From IMG/VR virus record IMGVR_UViG_3300029839_000013, positions 1 to 20,462 of that record: a DNA stretch of 20,462 bases; one strand, written 5' to 3'. The DNA is from a virus. A program made the position numbers and the translations under genes. Of this stretch, positions 15,494 through 20,462 are shown one piece after another. Position 1 is the stretch's first letter. Every line of letters starts with the position of its first letter. Below the pieces are notes generated by a model. That model searched no databases. It was not told the DNA's origin and worked only from the letters and a program-made list of their open reading frames with translations.

Positions 15494-16725
15494 TATAACC
15501 CCCTAACATAAGATATTAAACTCGCTACGCTATCCGGTGCGTCATCATGTTTGCTATTATATTCATAATTTTTTGTTTGTTCAATAAAAATATCATTCGC
15601 CTTTATAAGCTCAGCCGGAGCATTTTTTAAACGTGTCAATTTTAAATCTGGTGTAAATGCAGCCGAATTAATTATTTTTGTGTGTTTGTTTAAAGTAGTC
15701 GTATATCCAAGACAAGGCATCCCTTGTTTGCGCAATTCAATAACTGGCAAATCGCCCAGCCCGTTCGTTTCAATGACTGTATGCTCTATGTTTAAAAGTT
15801 TATTGATTAGCAAAAGCTCTTGTGTGCATTCATACCATGGTTTTTTAAAACAAAAACCGCACATGACAAAATCCGTTAAATTTCGGCCACCGCAGACAAC
15901 AGCGGTATAATCTCGCCCTTTATGCGAAGGGTCTATCCAGCAAATCGTTTTTTTGGCAAAATAATCTACTTCTTTAACAAGCGAAAAGGGCATTTCTAAG
16001 CTGTCCATTATGTTAAGAAAATATGACGCTTGTATTGAAAATTCATCTACTCCGGCCGCTCTTTCGGCGTCAATATCGGCGTCAAGCTCTGGAATGCTGC
16101 CGTGTTTAACTTCCATTGTGTTAACTATTTTTCTTAATTGCTGGTACAAATCAAGCTTATGTACAGGCTGTCCAACAATGCCGACATTATGCGTTAACTT
16201 TATAACTTCGTCATAAATTTTTTTAACGCGGCTTCGCTCCGTCTCACTATCATCATCTGGCGTTATCGGGTCTTCCATTATAACAATATCAGGGTGACGG
16301 CCACGAAATCCTCGGCTTCTTACGCTAAGGCAATCAAGGTTTGGCTCTTTTCCCTTTGTTCCTAATAGCCGCAACACGCTTTCCGAACGATTGCGGAATT
16401 TAACGCCTTGCTTAATTAATGCTTGCCGCACTTCTTTGACAAGGTCACGGCCGCGGTCTTTTTCCTTAGTTATTAACAAAATCTTCAAATCATTGTTGTT
16501 TAAAAGAGCCTCAGCGCATCCCATGATTACAGCATAATCAGTCTTTCCATATTTTCGCGCCCCGAGTAATAAGTGAATTCCTTTTGTGTATATCAAAAAG
16601 TCTTTCATCTTAACTTGCAAAGGAAAAGGCTTAAAATATCCGCTTGCCTCGCAAAGTTCTTCAAACGAAAGATTTTTTTTCTCCGTCCTTCCAAAAGAAA
16701 AATTAAAATTCATATCAAATTTCAT
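15493..16725 (-). CDS. terL: Terminase large subunit.
   Basis: Walker A (LLLGARKYGKT). Walker B-like DIVIMEDP. C-terminal nuclease acidic motifs (WIDPSHKGRDYTAV and HDDAPDS). Confidence 0.8.
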   Translation of the reverse strand: MKFDMNFNFSFGRTEKKNLSFEELCEASGYFKPFPLQVKMKDFLIYTKGIHLLLGARKYGKTDYAVIMGCAEALLNNNDLKILLITKEKDRGRDLVKEVRQALIKQGVKFRNRSESVLRLLGTKGKEPNLDCLSVRSRGFRGRHPDIVIMEDPITPDDDSETERSRVKKIYDEVIKLTHNVGIVGQPVHKLDLYQQLRKIVNTMEVKHGSIPELDADIDAERAAGVDEFSIQASYFLNIMDSLEMPFSLVKEVDYFAKKTICWIDPSHKGRDYTAVVCGGRNLTDFVMCGFCFKKPWYECTQELLLINKLLNIEHTVIETNGLGDLPVIELRKQGMPCLGYTTTLNKHTKIINSAAFTPDLKLTRLKNAPAELIKANDIFIEQTKNYEYNSKHDDAPDSVASLISYVRGL

Positions 16726-16782
16726 TTTGTCTTTTTTGTCCTTGTTTCCTCGGTAAAAACAACCATTTTATACAAAATTAGA

Positions 16783-17166
16783 CTAATCTCCGCTACCTTT
16801 AACCATTTCTGCAACCTTCAAAACTAAATTTACAAGCGTTTCATCCTCCATACTGTCAAGTCTTGCAGTTAAAGCGACAACGGCATTTTTAAACATGTCT
16901 TCAAAAAGAACTTCGCTAGGCTTTTCTTCAACTTCCTTCTTCGCAAGCTGAATAATCGCAACTTCTTTTTTTCGGCGCTCCCGTCTTTTCCGGCGGTCGT
17001 CTGTCTCTTTAACACGCTTTTCTATTCCTTTAGTGATATATTGACATAATTTGTTAACCGTTGGCAGCGAAATGTTTAACATGTTTGATATTGTCCGTTG
17101 GTCGGTTATTCCGCGGTCGATTAAAAGTTTAACCTTGTTTAACTTTTCTTCTGTTCTTTTCTGCAT
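16783..17166 (-). CDS. terS: Terminase small subunit. The start is revised to the MQKRTEEKLNK Met.
   Basis: Helix-turn-helix-like segment LIDRGITDQRTISNMLNISLPTVNKL and a basic RRKRRERRKK stretch. It is directly upstream of TerL. The ORF-track N-terminal extension overlaps the promoter and terminator. Confidence 0.55.
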   Translation of the reverse strand: MQKRTEEKLNKVKLLIDRGITDQRTISNMLNISLPTVNKLCQYITKGIEKRVKETDDRRKRRERRKKEVAIIQLAKKEVEEKPSEVLFEDMFKNAVVALTARLDSMEDETLVNLVLKVAEMVKGSGD

Positions 17167-17215
17167 TTTCAATCTTTTAGCATATGCCGTTAAATTACTT
17201 ATTAAAACTTTAACA

Positions 17216-17244
17216 AGTTTAACTTTTAAATTTCCTATCGTCAA
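17216..17244 (-). promoter_or_regulatory. Candidate sigma70-type late promoter upstream of terS.
   Basis: On the minus strand: TTGACG, a 17-nt spacer, then TAAACT. Lies just downstream of a terminator and upstream of the terS ATG. Confidence 0.35.
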
Positions 17245-17245
17245 T

Positions 17246-17272
17246 AAAAAAGGGGGAGCCTTTACTCTCCCC
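17246..17272 (-). terminator. Rho-independent terminator separating the early genes from the packaging/late operon.
   Basis: Minus-strand hairpin GGGGAG-(8 nt)-CTCCCC followed by TTTTTT. Confidence 0.5.
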
Positions 17273-17283
17273 TCTCTCTTCAT

Positions 17284-17499
17284 CTATTTATTATCTGCCG
17301 GCGGGTTTAATGACATTAGCCCCAGAGACAGGACCGCAAATATAGGCGTTCGATTGTTGGCATTCACGAGGGAGTTAATCGTTGATAAGTGTTTAACAAT
17401 TTTGCTATCGTCTTCCTCGCTCATAATCATGCCTAGAGCTTCGTTAATCAACCGTAAAACGTTTAATTGTTCATTGCTTAAAGTTCTCAAATTTTTCAT
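17284..17499 (-). CDS. Hypothetical 71-aa early protein.
   Basis: ATG start (MKNLRT...). The ORF track used an upstream TTG. Confidence 0.4.
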   Translation of the reverse strand: MKNLRTLSNEQLNVLRLINEALGMIMSEEDDSKIVKHLSTINSLVNANNRTPIFAVLSLGLMSLNPPADNK

Positions 17500-17671
17500 T
17501 GCCTTTTTGCCTTTCTTCAATATACTTTGTTATTTCCTCAGCTAAAACCGCTAAATCTTTTAAATCTACGGCAATCTTGAAACAATCGCCTTCATAATTG
17601 CCAAATTCTAAAACTTCGTGCCCGATGCCACTATAGACGCGAACATAGCACCTCTTTTTATCATTCCTCAA
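17471..17671 (-). CDS. Hypothetical 66-aa early protein.
   Basis: Compact ORF overlapping its neighbours by short ATG/stop overlaps. Confidence 0.4.
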   Translation of the reverse strand: MRNDKKRCYVRVYSGIGHEVLEFGNYEGDCFKIAVDLKDLAVLAEEITKYIEERQKGNEKFENFKQ

Positions 17672-17942
17672 AGAAATATTCTCCTTCGCTATCTACGGCC
17701 GCAAAAAGCACGTTTTTGTTGAAATCCTCCAACTGGATAACCGAGCAATAACTTATAATCATCTCTTTTGTGATGCCTTTATTTTTTGCCATTTCAATAA
17801 TTGACTTTTGCGACTTTTTAGCAAGTTCAATTTGGCGTTGCCGGTCTAAATACATTTGGCCGTAATAACGTAACTCTTCCGAAAAGCCTTTTTTATTACC
17901 GCAATTGATATTTTTACAAACTGGGAACATAAAATTACTCAT
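17661..17942 (-). CDS. Hypothetical 93-aa protein with an N-terminal Cys cluster (CKNINCGN).
   Basis: ORF with an upstream overlap with the 55-aa ORF. Confidence 0.4.
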   Translation of the reverse strand: MSNFMFPVCKNINCGNKKGFSEELRYYGQMYLDRQRQIELAKKSQKSIIEMAKNKGITKEMIISYCSVIQLEDFNKNVLFAAVDSEGEYFFEE

Positions 17943-18102
17943 TTTTATTGTCCTCTCTCAGTTTTTTTAAAACTTCTTTCAAATAAGCAAATTCGGCTTC
18001 TGTTAAAAAAAATTGCCTTTGCTTGCGTCCGCTCTTTTTTTGAGCCTCACGGTATCTTTTTGCCCGTTCTCGCAGTATTTTATGGTATTCATCTAACTTC
18101 AT
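17935..18102 (-). CDS. Unlisted 55-aa basic ORF (MKLDEYHKILRERAKRYREAQKKSGRKQRQFFLTEAEFAYLKEVLKKLREDNKNE).
   Basis: Fills the 146-bp gap between two ORF-track genes. Its stop overlaps the next ATG (AAAAATGAGTAA). Confidence 0.3.
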   Translation of the reverse strand: MKLDEYHKILRERAKRYREAQKKSGRKQRQFFLTEAEFAYLKEVLKKLREDNKNE

Positions 18103-18364
18103 TTATTATCCTTTCACATTCAATTAAAAATCTGTTTTTCTTATCTTGAAAAACCGCCCTTAAATCGTCAATCAATTCTTCTTTTGCGGTCTCTAAGGCG
18201 TCGGCTTGGTCACCCCTCCCGTAATCCTCTACATCGACGCCGAACCAATTTTTAAACACAATTTTGGCGCTTGATTGCAAAATTGAAAGCTGGCGGCTGT
18301 AAACTTCTTCGGCCAAACCGTTATTTAATTCGCTCATTTCGCCCCTTAATAAATCACTATTCAT
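18089..18364 (-). CDS. Hypothetical 91-aa acidic protein. First gene downstream of promoter/operator copy 1.
   Basis: A GGGGG ribosome-binding site lies 8 nt upstream of the ATG. It begins MNSDLL, the same six codons found in the duplicated copy. Confidence 0.5.
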   Translation of the reverse strand: MNSDLLRGEMSELNNGLAEEVYSRQLSILQSSAKIVFKNWFGVDVEDYGRGDQADALETAKEELIDDLRAVFQDKKNRFLIECERIINEVR

Positions 18365-18423
18365 TTTACTAACCCCCTTTGTTATTATGTTATTAGTATG
18401 ATACTAATATTTTACGATGTCAA
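18365..18423 (-). promoter_or_regulatory. Sigma70-type promoter with an embedded 19-bp perfect palindromic operator (copy 1).
   Basis: On the minus strand: TTGACA, a 17-nt spacer, then CATACT. The palindrome TATTAGTAT-G-ATACTAATA spans the spacer and the -10. Confidence 0.6.
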
Positions 18424-18434
18424 CACCTTTTTTT

Positions 18435-18468
18435 AAAAAAAACACCCTATTTTTTAGGGTGTTTTTAA
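18435..18468. terminator. Rho-independent terminator after the DUF1566 gene.
   Basis: AAAAACACCCTA-ttttt-TAGGGTGTTTTT. T-runs are present in both orientations. Confidence 0.6.
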
Positions 18469-18489
18469 AAAATAGTTAAATGGATAAAA

Positions 18490-18900
18490 TTAAAAAGCTA
18501 GAACCGGACGAACGTAGGTGCTATCGTAGTTGCTCTTACCGTAGTCGTACCTGGTACCGTCACTCATACGCAACCTCCACGCATAGTTGCTGTCGTACTC
18601 AGTAGAGGACCAGTACCAGCATTCTTTTAACTCCGGCAGGTTAGCGGCGCTCAAAGCGGCATTGATTTTGTCTTTGTTCAAAAAAATTCCGGTTAGTTCA
18701 TCAATAGTAGGGCAGCGGCCACCGGCGGATTGGCAAAACTGTTGCGCTTCGTCAAAATTAAGCCATTCCTCGCTCTCAACCGGCATAATAGCGATTTCGT
18801 GCGTGTCGGTAACATTGCACAATATGCCGGCAATCGTTTTAGACTGATCAAGCTCTTCCGAGCGCGTTCCGTCAGTGTAAATGTATGCTCCTGTTTTCAT
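18490..18900 (-). CDS. DUF1566 (Lcl C-terminal domain-like) protein.
   Basis: GRCPTIDEL...YWSSTEY...YVRPV matches the DUF1566 pattern WRLPT.eEL...YWSST...vRcV. Strong AAGGAGAA ribosome-binding site. Confidence 0.55.
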   Translation of the reverse strand: MKTGAYIYTDGTRSEELDQSKTIAGILCNVTDTHEIAIMPVESEEWLNFDEAQQFCQSAGGRCPTIDELTGIFLNKDKINAALSAANLPELKECWYWSSTEYDSNYAWRLRMSDGTRYDYGKSNYDSTYVRPVLAF

Positions 18901-18910
18901 TTTTTTCTCC

Positions 18911-19045
18911 TTATATTAAAAAAGTTAAAATAAATATTGCTGTTGAATACCCACAAAAAAAACCAATCAAAAAATCGTCTATGTTTAACACTCTTTTTTT
19001 TCGTAGTGGCGCGGTGGCTTCAAATTTAAGTAAATCACTATTCAT
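18911..19045 (-). CDS. 44-aa peptide with a hydrophobic C-terminus (MNSDLLKFEATAPLRKKRVLNIDDFLIGFFCGYSTAIFILTFLI). Speculative.
   Basis: Starts with the duplicated RBS and first six codons of the 91-aa gene. Its stop overlaps the ribosome-binding site of the DUF1566 gene. Confidence 0.3.
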   Translation of the reverse strand: MNSDLLKFEATAPLRKKRVLNIDDFLIGFFCGYSTAIFILTFLI

Positions 19046-19104
19046 TTTGTTAACCCCCTTTGTTATTATGTTATTAGTATGATACTAATATTTTACGATG
19101 TCAA
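19046..19104 (-). promoter_or_regulatory. Promoter/operator copy 2.
   Basis: 75 of 77 bp identical to copy 1, including TTGACA, the 17-nt spacer, CATACT, the 19-bp palindrome and the GGGGG ribosome-binding site. Confidence 0.6.
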
Positions 19105-19107
19105 CAC

Positions 19108-19482
19108 TTAATTATAATTTTCTTTTATTTTTTTTAGAGAAACATCGTAACAATCTAAAAATGAATAAGGAATTTTCATATTTCCTTGCTTTAGCATCAA
19201 AACAAACGCCGCTTTATCTGGCCTAAATTCAATAATTCCTTCGACATTTAATGCTGATGAATAAACGATGTCGTTATTATATAGCTTATTGCCTAATTTA
19301 TCTTTTTGGCCTGAAAAAAAATCTACACAATAATAAGGCGATTTACGACGGTCATATGTGTTTAATTGCTTATTATTACGCTTTAAATTCCCCTCTGGGC
19401 TAAGATAGTAACCGCAATAATATATCTTTTTCAAGCGTAGTTGATGCCCAACACGGCATAATTTAACAACTCTATAATCCAT
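19108..19482 (-). CDS. YopX-like protein (124 aa).
   Basis: SGQKDKLGNKLYNNDIV...EGIIEF is similar to the YopX core TGLKDKNGKEIYEGDIV...GVV.F. AGGGTG ribosome-binding site. Confidence 0.4.
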   Translation of the reverse strand: MDYRVVKLCRVGHQLRLKKIYYCGYYLSPEGNLKRNNKQLNTYDRRKSPYYCVDFFSGQKDKLGNKLYNNDIVYSSALNVEGIIEFRPDKAAFVLMLKQGNMKIPYSFLDCYDVSLKKIKENYN

Positions 19483-19840
19483 TTCGTAACACCCTAATTT
19501 CTTTAATTTTTTTTAAGCAAACTTCCCGGTTGCCTGAATTATTATACAAGAAAAGCGCCAACTGTTCCGGCTCGGTTACTCCGATGCACTTTAAAAAATG
19601 CTTCTCGTTGCCGTCGATATGTAACATTTGATGACAAACAGGGCAAAGCGGGAGTGTAAACTTATCGTCTGACTTCGTCCCCATTCCTTTACTTTTAACC
19701 TTGGGGAAAGCGAACCCCTCCCAACCTTTGGCCGCCTCCAAATATTCCCGCCTAACCCTTAATAAATGGTGATGCGTCGGCTCTTTTCCGCAGTTTAAAC
19801 ATATCAAACTATCAATAAATTTTAAATGTTTAGCGCTCAT
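19472..19840 (-). CDS. HNH endonuclease.
   Basis: CLNCGK...THHH...N...CPVCHQMLH gives the Cys pairs and His residues in the HNH arrangement. GGAGGTG ribosome-binding site. Confidence 0.55.
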   Translation of the reverse strand: MSAKHLKFIDSLICLNCGKEPTHHHLLRVRREYLEAAKGWEGFAFPKVKSKGMGTKSDDKFTLPLCPVCHQMLHIDGNEKHFLKCIGVTEPEQLALFLYNNSGNREVCLKKIKEIRVLRNGL

Positions 19841-20462
19841 AGTCTGACACCTCCAAAATTTTAAAAAATAGTTGTGGGAAATCTTCGTCTTTTAAAACAG
19901 ATAAATAGTCTTTTTTACCAAGCCAAGCCCGGTTAAGTCCGTACTCTCGGCAATAAAATTTATAAACATCTAATGCTTTTTTTACCTCTCCAGCAGCCAA
20001 ACGATAAAGGTCAGGGCAGGCTCCCGGCATGAAAGCGCGTAACGATGCTTCGGGCACTATCCGGCTAACATAACAAACATAAGGGCTTATGTCCTCTTGT
20101 TGTTTAAGCTCATGCCAAAACTCAACTTGCTTTTTGTCGCCAAATACTTGGCTATTATCAAAAGATTTTGCGGCATTTATGGATTCGCAATAAAAATAAA
20201 GCTGCATATAGACCTTATACTTGATGAAGAAAAGACGACAATAATCGTCAAAATCTTCTACGCTGGCCACTGTCTTTAAATCGATTAACTGTTTAAGCCT
20301 TAAGTAGTCAATGCGCGCCTTACATTTTACAGCTTGATAGGTGAAAAATATAGAGACTTCGGGATAACCGCCCGTAAATATATTGTCGTCGAAAATTTGC
20401 CCTTTCGTCTTCAAATATTGGATAATAAAATACATTTCGTTAAATTCACTAGGCGTTAATAC
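19830..20462 (-). CDS. C-terminal two-thirds of a PD-(D/E)XK exonuclease (DUF3799/RecE-like) gene. The gene continues across the window end into 1-405, and the full product is about 312 aa.
   Basis: The ORF track entry 19830-20435 begins at an internal Met. The same frame stays open upstream through the repeat, to an ATG at about 405 with an AGAGAGGT ribosome-binding site. Putative catalytic core is RIDYL...LIDLKT, matching the D...(D/E)xK pattern. Confidence 0.55.
   Translation of the reverse strand, partial: VLTPSEFNEMYFIIQYLKTKGQIFDDNIFTGGYPEVSIFFTYQAVKCKARIDYLRLKQLIDLKTVASVEDFDDYCRLFFIKYKVYMQLYFYCESINAAKSFDNSQVFGDKKQVEFWHELKQQEDISPYVCYVSRIVPEASLRAFMPGACPDLYRLAAGEVKKALDVYKFYCREYGLNRAWLGKKDYLSVLKDEDFPQLFFKILEVSDYER
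20364..20462. repeat. Second copy of the terminal repeat (same as 1-99).
   Basis: Exact identity to bases 1-99. Confidence 0.9.

Noticed and set aside
16783-17283. Long form of terS (166 aa) starting at 17283.
   Set aside because: The upstream 39 codons span a terminator hairpin and a TTGACG/TAAACT promoter, and have no ribosome-binding site. The internal Met at 17166 gives a conventional TerS.
17051-17545. 164-aa plus-strand ORF.
   Set aside because: Antisense to terS, to the 71-aa early gene and to the terminator/promoter. It is leucine/phenylalanine-rich and low-complexity, as expected from the reverse frame of an AT-rich coding region. No ribosome-binding site.
1-20462. CRISPR arrays, tRNA genes, integrase or attachment sites.
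   Set aside because: No spaced direct repeats, no cloverleaf-compatible segments in the few intergenic regions, and no tyrosine or serine recombinase motifs in any frame that I could recognise.

Overview
The window reads as a complete, circularly permuted tailed-phage genome of about 20.36 kb. Bases 1-99 are identical to 20364-20462, which is the overlap expected when a circular or terminally redundant contig is assembled. GC content is low, roughly mid-30s percent. About 95% of coding sequence is on the minus strand and tightly packed, with many ATGA-type start/stop overlaps. Reading the minus strand from high to low coordinates, the modules are as follows. (1) An early/recombination region: a PD-(D/E)XK exonuclease (DUF3799/RecE-like) whose gene wraps across the window ends, an HNH endonuclease, a YopX-like protein, a DUF1566 protein and several small unknown genes. 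Two near-identical copies of a sigma70-type promoter carrying a perfect palindromic operator drive part of this region. (2) A terminator plus promoter, followed by the late genes: TerS, TerL, portal, Mu-F-like head morphogenesis protein, scaffold, a DUF2190-like decoration protein, an HK97-type major capsid protein, head-tail joining proteins, putative sheath and tube, a tail chaperone with a candidate -1 frameshift (G/GT), a short tape measure protein, a Mu/P2-style baseplate (gp25/W-like and J-like proteins among others) and a glycine-rich tail fibre. (3) A lysozyme-like gene, then a lysis cassette: holin, SleB-type hydrolase, a 42-aa membrane peptide and an overlapped i-spanin/o-spanin pair. 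The spanins imply a diderm host. The one plus-strand island (504-1366) encodes a coiled-coil protein and a 47-aa ribbon-helix-helix protein, and ends in a bidirectional terminator. I found no tRNA, rRNA or CRISPR array, and no integrase, transposase, replication initiator, helicase or polymerase. All functional calls come from reading motifs by eye, with no database search, and should be treated as hypotheses. Hand-indexed coordinates for promoters and terminators may be off by 1-2 bp. CDS coordinates follow the supplied ORF track, with starts revised where a ribosome-binding site supports it.
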